This document shows, one piece after another, positions 39,248-52,523 of a DNA stretch of 64,000 bases (positions are counted from its first letter, which is position 1; every line of letters starts with the position of its first letter). Source of the stretch: Octopus bimaculoides (lineage: Eukaryota); the NCBI RefSeq assembly GCF_001194135.2, contig NC_068989.1:77683816-77747815 (forward strand). The letters are read 5' to 3'. The notes beneath the pieces are model-generated. The model was not told where the DNA came from. It saw nothing but the letters and a program-made list of their open reading frames with translations, and ran no database searches. A program made the translations under genes and the position numbers.

Positions 39248-39622
39248 TTAAACAAGAGCATTCAGAGAGCGCAAACCTCCGCCAATTCAACACGAACGTC
39301 CTCTCAACGATTAACCGGAGATAATTTTTAAAATGAGAATGCCTGAAATAAATTAGACTGCTCTTACAAATGAGAATACTAAAACTGAACCAGACCGCTC
39401 TCAAAAATGAAGTAAAAAAAACAGGAAAAATAATCCAGAATCCTTGTGCGGCACCGGATCAATCCCAAAATATTATCAATTCGTTCCAGTCAAGTGGCCA
39501 AACATCACTGAAAGTTTCATCCGAATCCATCCAGCGGTTCTTGAGATATCTTGTCCACGGACAAACAAGCAAACACGACTGAAAAACAATACCTCCACCT
39601 TCACTCAGGCGGAGGTAATAAA
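39248..39622 (-). mobile_element. Helentron-type non-autonomous element (HINE/DINE-1 architecture)
   Basis: Sub-terminal IR acctccgcc (39275-39283) versus ggcggaggt (39608-39616); adjacent partial IR acctccacc (39591-39599); short gtttg/ttgtc repeat; terminal stem-loop 39258-39272; T-rich ends. Confidence 0.75.
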
Positions 39623-40339
39623 GCAGATTTCGAAAACTTTTCCTCTCAGTAAATAACCGTAAATAACCCATTTAAAGCCTATCATATTGAGCAAGGTTAA
39701 CAAAACAGAGATTTTGTTCGCTTCAAATGGTATGCTACTTTAAAATATATTCTATTATGCAACCAATTTTATGTTCTTGTGGGGCTATTCAAAGACCCCA
39801 TGACATGTCTAGTTCCAATGTAAAAATTACCAGTCTGAGAGATATAGAACATTTTTTTAAACGGCTTTAAAACTGCTATCATTGTTGGTGATGTATTCTA
39901 TTTTCAAGGATCCATCAACCATAAAAGCGATCTTCCGATTCATAGGGTTACATAAAAATTCAACTACAGAAACATTTAGCTATTCTTTATCAGTAATACT
40001 TCTACCCTTTGCATCCTTTTCGTCTTATTGTTCATTATGTTTGCTGTGTTTCTTCTTTTATATAAAGTGTATTATATACCTGTCTCAGTCAGGCATGTCT
40101 TGCTTGCTTTATACCGATGTACAACTTATGTAAATAATCAAATAAATAAATATAGAAATGCACAAAACACCGTTTAATATTTTCTTCTGCTATGTTCAGC
40201 GGCAATAATTAAAAAAAAAATGCACAAGAGAAACAATCTCTACTTGGCACTGACTTCAGTCACCTCGTAACTGTCTATTCCACTACTTCTGGTAAAGCCT
40301 ATCCTCAACACTCACTAAGCTCCACCTCCATCACCATGG

Positions 40340-40930
<591 letters not shown>

Positions 40931-40934
40931 CTCG

Positions 40935-41220
40935 CTCAGCCAAATACTTAGCGGTATTTTATACGTCTTTACGTTCTGAGTTCAGATTCCACCGAGGTTG
41001 TCTTTGCCTCTCATTCTTTCTTGGCTGACAACATAAGTACCAGTTTAATACTGGTATCAATATAATCGACATATACTCACTTAGAAATTTATAACTGTGT
41101 GCCAAACTTCGAAACCAAAATTACTATAACAAAAACCCGTTGAGCACTGGAGTCTATGTAATAGAATTAACCCCTGCCCAGGAACTGCAGGCTTTGTGTC
41201 AAAATTTGAAGTAAATATTA
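40935..41220 (+). mobile_element. SINE family A, 5'-truncated, plus a second 3' tail (41136-41220)
   Basis: cttagcggtatttt...ctgagttcagattccaccgagg...; second tail gagcactggagtctatgtaat...ggctttgtgtcaaaatttg. Confidence 0.75.
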
Positions 41221-41439
41221 AGAAACCATACTAGCACCAACTGTAACATGATAGAAAAACAAGTCTCTGAGACCATGACATGGTTCTCTGTAGCCTAGTT
41301 TCGCAGCATAGAGAATTTATACCAAAATCCTCGACATAGCAGATATCTACCTAGAGACAACAGGAGAGAAATTATGCATGACTCTAGTGTCATATTTGAA
41401 GCAAAAAATGTACATAAATAAAAATAAAAAAATAAAAAT

Positions 41440-41501
41440 TGACCCTAAGATTCCGAGTTCGATTCCAGGCAGTGACCTGAATAATAATAATAATAATAAT
41501 A

Positions 41502-41532
<31 letters not shown>

Positions 41533-41690
41533 GAATAACATCGAAAAAATACCGTAGGAATGAGAACCCAGGTTCGAAGTTTCCCGATGACACGTGATGA
41601 AGGCGGGAGGGTATATCAGCCGAAACGTTGTGTTAAAAACTAACAAGATGAGGACAAATATCCGTCTACTGTATATAATTTAGATAATGT
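41440..41690 (+). mobile_element. Short element: B-box, (AAT/GAT)n spacer, second B-box-like motif, hammerhead
   Basis: gagttcgattcc (41455-41466); ggttcgaagt (41571-41580); hammerhead fold 41589-41634. Confidence 0.55.
41589..41634 (+). ncRNA. Minimal type I hammerhead ribozyme motif, probably inactivated (G at C3)
   Basis: gacac-GTGATGA-A-GGC(g)g..loop..c(a)GCC-GAA-ACGT-T-gtgtt; 5-bp stem I gacac/gtgtt; palindromic ACGT stem III. Confidence 0.65.
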
Positions 41691-42420
41691 AAAAAATTCG
41701 TACAAAGGTTTGTTTAAAACTTCACCATAAGCTGCTTTTGTATTTCGAGTTGTTTTCAAACTACCAGTAGCACTTTCGGAGAAATCTCCTTTCTCCAAAG
41801 GTTTGTCTGGCTATCTTCAGTATTTCGAATGTGCTTAGGTCGGTGAGTCAGCCTTTCGCTCCTCTTTACGTTTTATATATGTATATATATATATATATAT
41901 ATNNNNNNNNNNNNNNNNNNNNNNNNNNNNNNNNNNNNNNNNNNNNNNNNNNNNNNNNNNNNNNNNNNNNNNNNNNNNNNNNNNNNNNNNNNNNNNNNNN
42001 NNNNNNNNNNNNNNNNNNNNNNNNNNNNNNNNNNNNNNNNNNNNNNNNNNNNNNNNNNNNNNNNNNNNNNNNNNNNNNNNNNNNNNNNATATCACGAAAA
42101 AGAAATTGCAATATATAATTGCAAATTCCAAATTCTTCCAAGTACTGCGAAAAACAATTAATGTTATCAGTGTGCAGATGTCTGTCTTATATTCGGAAGG
42201 TGAACTATGTAACCCTTCTTCTTATTACTACGGTGACACGCTAAAATCCTCTGGTTTTGCAGACTGAATAAATTATAGACCGAACTCTACTAATATTCAT
42301 TAACGCACAAAAGAAATTGGAACTGAAATGCAATGCCGAATACTCCTCACCATTGTTCAAAATATCTGTTTTACAGTTGTTGATATGTTTCTTTGTCATA
42401 AATCAGCAAAAACTTCCTTT

Positions 42421-42640
42421 ATCTTTTACTTGTTTCAGCCATTTGACTACGGCCATTCCGGGGCGACGCTTTGAAGGGTCTTAGTCGAGCATATCAACCC
42501 AAGAACTTATTTTCTTTTCTTTAAGCCGAGTACTTATTCTACTCTCTGTTTTGCCGAACCGCGAATTTACATGGACGTAAACACACCAGCACCGGTTGTT
42601 AACTTGTGGTGGGTGACAAACACAGACAGAAAGACATATG

Positions 42641-42674
<34 letters not shown>

Positions 42675-42785
42675 TGTATATACAAATATATTAAAGACGG
42701 GTTTCTTTCAGTGCCCATCTCCCAAATCCACTCACAAAGCTTTGGTCGGCCCCAGCCTGTAGAAGAAGATACTTTCCCAAGTTGC
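42421..42785 (-). mobile_element. SINE family B with internal (TATG)n
   Basis: cttttacttgtttcagccatttgact...caaatccactcacaaagctttggtcggcc. Confidence 0.85.
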
Positions 42786-43089
42786 ATGGCTGCAGTCCAA
42801 TAATTGAAACAAGCTTGCATTATTCATCTGACGTCCGTTATTTCATTTACAGATTTGCTACCGTCAATGCGATCGTTTATCAATATGTCCTGCGTTTGGA
42901 ATAAAGTTTAGTGTTAGTTTAGTTGTATAATTTGGTGTAACAGAATATTATTTGCATTTATGATCTCATAAGTCGACTGATTTCTAAAAATGTTATCTTT
43001 CATAAGTTTAACCTTCATATTTGTACGTCAGGTACATAATTCTTTGTTCAAAGACATCAGGACTATAATTGTGATATCATTTGGAGATT

Positions 43090-43295
43090 AAGGCAGCAAG
43101 CTGGCAGAAACGTTACCACGTCGGACGAAATGCTTAGCGGTATTTCGTCTGTCTTTACTTTCAGAGTTCAAATTCCGCCGAGGTCGACTTGTCCTTTCGG
43201 GGTCGATAAATTAAGTATCAGTTGTGTACTGAAGACGATCTAATCGACTGACACCGTCCCTCAAAATTTTGGGCATTGTGCCTAGAGTAGAAAAG
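43090..43295 (+). mobile_element. SINE family A
   Basis: aaggcagcaagctggcagaaacgtt...gagttcaaattccgccgaggtcgac...ttgtgcctagagtagaaaag. Confidence 0.88.
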
Positions 43296-43482
43296 TCTAC
43301 TTAATTCATTAAAATTATTAACACATTATATTTGTCAGACTCATTTTCGATATTTTCATTGTCATTAATCATAATACTTTCATCGTAACCTTTAACTTTT
43401 TTGACAAAAATACATGAGTTTTGTACGTGTTTTCTTTTATCATAACTGTAAACCTACATTTGCACCGCCTTCACTGTGTGTG

Positions 43483-43524
<42 letters not shown>

Positions 43525-44329
43525 NNNNNNNNNNTGTGTGTGTGTGTGTGTGTGTGCGTGCGTATGTGTATGTGTGTGTGTGTGTGTGTGTGTGTATACA
43601 TATACATGAACATATATGTGTACATATATATATATAAACGAACACACACACATGAACTCATATACATATACACTCATACTCGTACATGTCGGTGAGTGAC
43701 TGCGCAGTATCTGATAACTATTGGGCATGATTACCTATATCTATGGATGTATATATGCACACACACACACACACACACACGCGCGCGCGCACGTACACAT
43801 ATATACACATAAATGATACCCAGGGTATTTGTGATAATAAATTTAGCTCTATCAAACCGTAAAAGAGAAACGATCTACCATAATGCCACCCAGCACGCAG
43901 TATCTTCATTTGTTCTTCAGATATACTGGCAGTGTTAACATGGCGGATTGAAATTTATCAGAGGATATGAAAAGTCACTCCATGCCCACGGCTATAGCCG
44001 TAGTTCACGGAAACTTGGAGATCCATAACTTTCTGAACAACTTCTCAAGTTCACAAAAAGCCTGAAGTTTTCCATCAAGGTAATGACATCAATGGCCTAG
44101 ATAAAGTGCGGCCAGACGTCATCGGCGTGGCTGACAATATGGAGCTTAACCAGGATAGCCTCACCGATAATTCCCTCAGAAGCCAATATTCTATTCTAGC
44201 ATTTTTGTGGATGTACAGAGAAATTAAATAACTAAACTTTAGTTAAAGAATTCTGTTTCTTCCTGAACGCGTACATTTCTTTCCTATTTGAGCTAGTTGT
44301 AAATGTATGTGCGCATGCACTATCACATA

Positions 44330-45070
44330 GCTTAGAATGAACATTGCCAGCAAACCGATGAGACAATCGGCGAGAAAATCAAACTGGTGGAATCCACAAC
44401 AAAGTAAGTGATGTACTAGGACATTAGATACATTTCCTAATTCGTGGTTAGATCGTGCTTTTTGTTGGACAAGACATGAGTGGATCATTTAATCTGGTCG
44501 AATCGTTAGCTGAACAAAAACATGTACTCCTAGAAATCCAACATACTTTTGTTTCTTTTGGTGAAGAGAAATTTGCAGAGAACCAGAATAGAAGTAGTAG
44601 GAATTGTGATGCACACAACACAAAGAACACTTCATTTTGGATGGTGCTAGGAATCATAAGTAACGACAGTCATGTCATGCCACCTTGCTTTCCGTTTGAT
44701 CTCACAACCAGAACCACTAACTCGTTACGTTATTGAACATGATCGTAAAGCTGTACGTTAAGAGATTCCACAAGAATACGATACTCGCTCCAGCTGGTTT
44801 CTGCTCTCTCACGCATCTTGCCATCTAAGAGTACTTTGCTAAGAATTTTTCGAATCATGACACACTTTCATGATATAATTTTTTAAAACTTCAAACCACG
44901 CACTACCATATAATGGGGTATCTTCGAGAGGAAGAACAACTGGTGGTTCTACTATAACAAAAAGTAAGTTGAAAGATTACATCCTCGATGTAATGAATAA
45001 AATTAACGATAACTATCTGATCGGAGAATTAAAGTCTCTTTTGTGACTGCATGGTAGTTACAAATTAGAC
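44330..45070 (+). mobile_element. Second, older maT-like (DD37D-type) transposase relic
   Basis: PMRQSARK...DIRYIS; FVSFGEEKF; MVLGIISNDSHVMPP, collinear with 8978-9915; many stops and frameshifts. Confidence 0.65.
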
Positions 45071-45659
45071 TGAGAACGATTCTACTGAATTATCTGTTTC
45101 TTAGATATATCTTGGTAAACATGGGTACATACCTCTAGAAATATGTTTTTATGATTAATAATATGTAGAAAGAGATCGATAGAGCTGATGAAAACTTTGT
45201 TCGTACATGGTGCATTTCGATTATCTTTATTCTGTTCTTGGAGCGTATTGCATTTCTTCGCGAACATTGTTTAAAATTACACATTTAAAGAGCAAACTTA
45301 TAGTAGTCTTTACTAGGAAACTCAAATTCAATTCTTAAGGATCCCGGCGTTCATCGTTGATGTATATTTTATAGTCGACAAGTTTCGTTTTCCGTGTTGT
45401 GGCATTATTTCACACATATTAATCATAATACACTGTGTGGTACGGTATTTTTATAGTGATCAATAATCTTGTTAGGCAAGTGACGTACAGTGTTATCTAC
45501 TAGACAGCATATAACATATCCGCTGTCTAATAAATGCTGACATATATGATGGATCCAGCTTGAAGTAATTCCATTTCATTCACTCCACTTAAGTGCAATT
45601 TTCATCAGTAATCAATAGCTTGAAAAGGCTGGTCTTCTGCTGATATTCTACATGAAAGC

Positions 45660-45895
45660 GAAGCGCATGAATTTATGTACAATCGCTCGGCTTCCTAGGA
45701 ATACCTTTCAAAGCTTCCTTAAATTATTCCCCTTATATCCTCGAAAATTTAGTTACATGTCTTCCTACGCGGTAAGAAGCGCATGAATTTATGTACAATC
45801 GCTCGGCTTCCTAGGAATACCTTTCAAAGCTTCCTTAAATTAGTCCCCTTATATCCTCGAAACTTTAGTTACATGTCTTCCTACGCGGTAAGAAG
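45660..45895. repeat. 116-bp tandem duplication (two copies plus a short partial)
   Basis: Units start at 45660 and 45776; two mismatches by eye. Confidence 0.95.
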
Positions 45896-46461
45896 AGCGT
45901 AATTTATGTCCGGCAAAACCCAAACAAACTACGAGATCCAGACATAGCACTTCGTGAATAAAGACAAGCAACCAGAGAAACCTGTTATATTCTTGTTCTC
46001 CAAAACAAAGTTTCGAAGATGACTAGAGGATTATAAGAAAACGAAAATCCTAGATATATGGAAAGACAGAATGATTACGATTTTAATGTAACCAACAACA
46101 ATAATAACAGACACGTAGTGTGAACTCAATTTCAGTGTAGTCACCTTGATGTCTTCAACTTCATTTATAATCTATTTTGCACGAATTGAAGAAAAAACAT
46201 ACTTTTTAACGGTTCCAACGCGTCATGTACTTGTCATATTTTTCAATAAATATTTGACTTCTACAGTAAACACTTGCTTTTCTCCACTCACCCGCACCCA
46301 AATTTACCATTTCTTTGTCACAAGTATATATTTATCAATTGTTTTCTGAAAACAAATTGGATTTCAAAACTATGTGCCAGCCACTTGATTGCTTCAGCTC
46401 TCGTGTCATTCATATTTGCTTCTTTTTTAGAACTTCTGTTCAGCGGTGCGCAAATGTCAAC

Positions 46462-46517
<56 letters not shown>
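46462..46517. repeat. (GTA)n microsatellite
   Basis: Read directly from the sequence. Confidence 0.95.
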
Positions 46518-46537
<20 letters not shown>

Positions 46538-46853
46538 ATGTTGCTCTGTGAGTTGCACTTAGAGGAATCAGACACTGAAGCTTTACACTACGTAAACTAA
46601 TAATGTTCCATCACGTGCTGCTGGTAGTGAATGCTAGTTCAAAAGCCAAAACTATTTAATACGATATAAAAGAGTGGGCGGTTATTAAATAAAAAGACTG
46701 CAATCCGATAGAGATCTCCTGTACTGTGTTAACTATCACCCAAAGATGTAACAGAAAATTATATGTGTGTGTGTGTATGTGTGTTTGTGTGTGTGAGTGT
46801 GTATGTATATGTTCATGTATGTATGTGTATGTGTGTGTACGTATATATATATA

Positions 46854-46885
<32 letters not shown>

Positions 46886-47050
46886 CATATATAACCGTCT
46901 ATATATATACGTATATATGTCTAAGCATACACACGCGCACGCACACACACACACATATATAGTGTATATGTATATGTTTGTATGTACATACTCATATATA
47001 TATATTATATATAAGCGCATGCATGCTATATATAGACGTATATGGGCAAC

Positions 47051-47100
<50 letters not shown>

Positions 47101-47529
47101 CATTCATGCACACACACATACATATATAAATAATACACACACATACACACACAAACATATATATATAGATAGATGTGTATGCATAATGTTTCCGCTTTTT
47201 TATATTCAATCTGCTATTATTAAATTACGAGGGTGTTGTGAAATATTTAATAAGATTTGAGCAAAATAAAACTTATTTCAAATAAAGTCTTTCGGTTTGA
47301 AGAATATGAGAGCAAATGCTAAAACATATACATAAAAAAAAGAACACAACTAAAAAACATTTAAACATCGCCTATTCCAACATATTGTTGCGCAATGAAG
47401 AACGAATGTACCTAATGAACGTTGCATAAGATGATTTCTTATTTAATTATGCAGCAGTAAAAATATCGTTTGCCATAATACATATTTCTAATATATTTAA
47501 GTAATTTATATCCACACACGCATACACAG

Positions 47530-47564
<35 letters not shown>

Positions 47565-47929
47565 CACACACATACAGAAACACACAAACAAACCCCCCCC
47601 CACACACACACACACGTATCAGTTCAACAGGGGCAATAGCGTTTTCTCTATAATGTGCAGGAGTTTAATATTTAAAATGTTGGTATTACAGGGAGATCTT
47701 TCGACCCCGATGTAATATTAGTTAGATTTATCGCAAACTGTTGGATGCTGGAATTTCAACACAAATGTGTATAAAAACCTATATTCTCTTAACTGCTTTC
47801 CACTATTAATATGATCTGGCAATCAATCGTGTGAAACGTGATTCTATATCATGTGTTATTTTTATGTTGAATGTATAACACCTACGTCGTATCGAGGTGT
47901 AAGTGTCACTCTGTCTGTCTATATGTATA

Positions 47930-47961
47930 TCTATCTATCCCTTTATCTATCTATCTATCTG

Positions 47962-48032
<71 letters not shown>
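47930..48032. repeat. (TATC)n microsatellite
   Basis: Read directly from the sequence. Confidence 0.95.
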
Positions 48033-48604
48033 CATGTTATATTATATACGCATTTATAATATCTATACATACACACACACNNNNNNNNNNCATATACATA
48101 TATCCATACGTACACTCAAGAACAAAATAATAAGAATGGATTTTCACGATTAAGCACAAGACGTTCTGAAAATAAAAGATCCATTAACATTAAAAGTGTC
48201 ACATCATAATTTAACGATATGTCTCCTAATCAAGTACATAACAGTCCCCTATGGAAATTAGTTGTGCCATATAACCTTGTTATAATCAAATAATCTTGAT
48301 CTGCATGACCCCCACCCCGCGCCAACTGATCTAACATAAGAAATGCGAAAACTAATTTCTGAGTGTCAATGTGTCACACTTCGATCCCCTCTCTCACTAT
48401 TCATTAACTCTTCTAGTATTGATCATATTGGGATGAGAGTAATAGTAAGCATAGATACGGTGAGGGCGGTGGCGAAGACAGACATAGAAAGAGAGAGAGA
48501 GAGGGAGAGAGAAAGAGAGACAAAGAAATTTAGGGAGAGTTGATGATGTTTTTATTAAAATTAGTAGTGTTGATGGTGTCAGTGAGATTAAAAATAAGAG
48601 AGAA

Positions 48605-48655
<51 letters not shown>

Positions 48656-48779
48656 TGGACTAAGTAGTGAGCCAACATACTGAACTAACGTACTGAACAC
48701 AATTCTTTTACACACAAATTTAGGCTTATTGTGATGGTAATGGGGAGAGAGTAATAGTATGAGTTGAATTTTTGATAGA

Positions 48780-48993
48780 GGTGGAAACGGCGATGATGGT
48801 GGTGATGGTGGAAGTGGAAGAGCAGGAGAAGGGGGAGAAGAAGAAGAAGAAGAAGAAGAAGGAGGAGGAGGAGAAGAAGGAGAAGGAGAAGGAGGAGGAG
48901 AAGTAGAAGGAGGAGGAATAGAAGGGGAAGAAGAAGAAGAAGAAGAAGAAGAAGAAGAAGAAGAAGAAGAAGAAGAAGAAGAAGAAGAAGAAG
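48780..48993. repeat. Purine-rich (GAA)/(GGA)n mosaic
   Basis: Read directly from the sequence. Confidence 0.95.
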
Positions 48994-49409
48994 ATATTGC
49001 TTCCACTCTGGAGGCACCGGCAAGAAACACATATATACATGTGTGTGTGTATGTGTGTCGTAAGGAGAATCCAGAAACAGATTTTTCTTAAGGTTCAGCA
49101 TACTGAAGTGCTTATAATATGTTTAATATGAATGATGACTATTCTACTTTTACTAGTATCTTACCTATTTTGTGTATATTTGCATAACTTCTTTTCTGCA
49201 TATCGAATTATAACTTTGTAGATCTTCAGTGTAAGACTATTTTGTGATTTTTAAAAATATTTCTGCAATAGAGTAGAAATGACACGAATGAAACTTATCA
49301 AAGAATAATATTCTGGCCAAACAGTATGAAAGGCGATAACTATGTTTGAAAATACGTGTGCGTGAATATATGCGTGTGTACCTGTGTATGTGAGCGTATA
49401 TGTCAATGA

Positions 49410-49443
<34 letters not shown>

Positions 49444-50329
49444 GTCTATCTATCTATCTATCNNNNNNNNNNNNNNNNNNNNNNNNNNNNNNNNNNNNNN
49501 NNNNNNNNNNNNNNNNNNNNNNNNNNNNNNNNNNNNNNNNNNNNNNNNNNNNNNNNNNNNNNNNNNNNNNNNNNNNNNNNNNNNNNNNNNNNNNNNNNNN
49601 NNNNNNNNNNNNNNNNNNNNNNNNNNNNNNNNNNNNNNNNNNNNNNNNNNNNNNNNNNNNNNNNNNNNNNNNNNNNNNNNNNNNNNNNNNNNNNNNNNNN
49701 NNNNNNNNNNNNNNNNNNNNNNNNNNNNNNNNNNNNNNNNNNNNNNNNNNNNNNNNNNNNNNNNNNNNNNNNNNNNNNNNNNNNNNNNNNNNNNNNNNNN
49801 NNNNNNNNNNNNNNNNNNNNNNNNNNNNNNNNNNNNNNNNNNNNNNNNNNNNNNNNNNNNNNNNNNNNNNNNNNNNNNNNNNNNNNNNNNNNNNNNNNNN
49901 NNNNNNNNNNNNNNNNNNNNNNNNNNNNNNNNNNNNNNNNNNNNNNNNNNNNNNNNNNNNNNNNNNNNNNNNNNNNNNNNNNNNNNNNNNNNNNNNNNNN
50001 NNNNNNNNNNNNNNNNNNNNNNNNNNNNNNNNNNNNNNNNNNNNNNNNNNNNNNNNNATATATGTATGTATGTATGTATGTATGCAAACAACATCACCTC
50101 GAGACCTCAGTGTCTTTTCCATTGAAAAGCTTTATAGAAATGTCTTTATTTGTTTTCCTTCCGTGGTATTTTTTTTCGTCTGACAATACATTTCCTTTTC
50201 AGTTGTAATTCTTGTCGAAAACTGAATAGAATTTAAAACAGCAACAAATACCGTTCTGTGCGAATAACTTGTGTCAACGCTTTGAATAGATTCTTTTTCT
50301 GGGTTTTTTTTTTTTGAGTAAGGTTGACT

Positions 50330-50600
50330 GGTCGAGTCATTGTCATCATCATCATTGTCATCATCATGAGTCTCGTTGTCATCTTGAAATTCACCGTCAT
50401 TACGATGATTATTGTCGTCTCTACCATCATCATTGACGTCGCTATCGTCAGCATCATCAACATCATCATCGGCATCATCAGCAGTAACCTGGACAACAAC
50501 AACAGCAACAACAGCAATAGTATCAGAACTAGCAGCATCACCACCGACAGTCACAACAGGACCATCAGCAGCAGAAGAGGTATTTTCATCATCAATATTA
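50330..50600. repeat. Degenerate (CAT)/(CAA)/(CAG) triplet mosaic
   Basis: Read directly from the sequence. Confidence 0.85.
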
Positions 50601-52145
50601 AAGACATTTGTCTTTTTCTTAAGATAATGAAGTAAGGAGATTCCTGCCGCTAAGGAGTATTAAATTAAGAAGATAAAAATAAATCAAATTATATTGAAAT
50701 CTTATTATTTCTCTACAATCATTTTAGTTTCAATAATTATTCCTGTAGTTTTTCAGTTTCCAATTTCATTTGATTTAACTTCATGGATCAAAGAGAAATG
50801 TGTCGTAATCAGTATTCGGTTTGTTTAAATTTTCTTATATATTTTTCTGGGATATTTTTATTAAAAAATGGGTGAATGAACTTACTCTTTCTCTAGGCCT
50901 AAATTGAGAAATATCTTGTAATGATTCATATGTTGTTATGTTTTCAACAACTGCTTTGTCTTCATGTGATATTATCGAGCGTAAATGATCCTGACAGAGC
51001 CCACACTTCTTTAGAATATTGATTGCGCCAAAACATTTACAGAAATAAAGAACAATGCATAAAAGAATAAGTTAAAAAATGAACATGACAAAAATTCAGA
51101 AATTACCGAGATGAAGAACAACTAGCACAAGAATACGGAATGGATGAATTAGGAATAGACAATATTAGTCAACTGGAAATCGGCATAGCAAGAGTTTATC
51201 GTTAAATCAAAAAAGAAAATATTGTTTGATACATGTAGAAAATGCTTTAATCCTAGTCATCTATTTTTCATCATTGCTGCAGTATAACGATTTTATTGAA
51301 TATTCTCTTTGGTTATTTAAATGTGCTGCTTTTTAGTTTATTGAAACATCTGTTGATGATTTTGTGTTCATGAATTTTATTTAGAAAAAAAAAAAAAAAA
51401 AGCTGTGCTTGCTCTGAGTATTTTCCTTCGAAGTGACGATTATATAAAGATTTTCACTCAATCGAAAATCTAAACGCCTCCATGTGCTCGAGAATGATAT
51501 TATATTGTCAAAGACTGTCAAGAGCAGTGTATCATATAAAATATGTTATGGCTAGCAATATATATATATATATATACTTTGCTTCACATTTTATATACGT
51601 TATTTCGTATATTTAATAGTCTGGAAGTAAAGAATCAACGTCGTCGCATTCACTCACAGTCATATTACGTTTATGGAATTTTTTAAATTTTAAACCTATG
51701 TAATAAGGTATAACGATGTAAGACTTTCTAATAACCTCTTAGAATAATGTAACTTTGCAGAGAAACAGAGCATATTTTGACTTAGTTGGTTACGTGTCTC
51801 ACATATAGTCACTAAACAGCTGATTTTAACCAAATCACTGACATCAAAATATATTAATAACAAAGCCATGATAACTTAAGAAAGTCACAAAGAAAATAGA
51901 CATCATAGCTGACACTATGAGGTTGGAAAGAAAGTCGTGTCGCATTTTCATATGAGAAAGAAGAAAATGCTTCAATGCTTTTAATTGGTATATTTGATAA
52001 GGCTACTATTTCTCCACATTATTTGTTAGATAATCCCATCTCTTTGGCATATAGTTGATCTCTGGGGCGTAACATTCTTCAGGTTTTGAAAAAAAAAAAG
52101 AGAAAAAAAACATTCAGTTTCATTTTTAACATACTCTCTTTACTC

Positions 52146-52523
52146 CTTAGTCTTTTACTTGTTTCAATCATTTGACAGCGGTCATGCTGGAGCACCCCGT
52201 TTAGTCGAGCAAATCGACCCCAGGACTTATTCTTTGTAAGCTTAGTACTTATTATATCGGTATCTTTTGCCGAACCGCTAAGTTACGGGGACGTAAACAC
52301 ACCAGCATCGGTTGTCAAGCGATGTTGAGGGACAAACATACACACACACATATATACATATATATGTATTCTTTCAGTTTCCGTCTATCAAATCCACTCA
52401 CAAGGCTTTGGTCGGCTCAAGGCTATAGTAGAAGACACTTGCCGAAGCTGCCACGCAGTGGAACTGAACCTGGAACCATGTGGTTCGTAAGCAAGCTAGT
52501 TACCACACAGCCATTCCAACGCC
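52146..52523 (-). mobile_element. SINE family B, near full length
   Basis: tcttttacttgtttcaatcatttgac...gaaccatgtggttcgtaagcaagctagttaccacacagcc. Confidence 0.92.

Noticed and set aside
44040-44230. KPEVFHQG...VIGVADNM resembling an LTR-retrotransposon RT motif
   Set aside because: Spacing is wrong, and there is no YxDD or upstream LPFG motif
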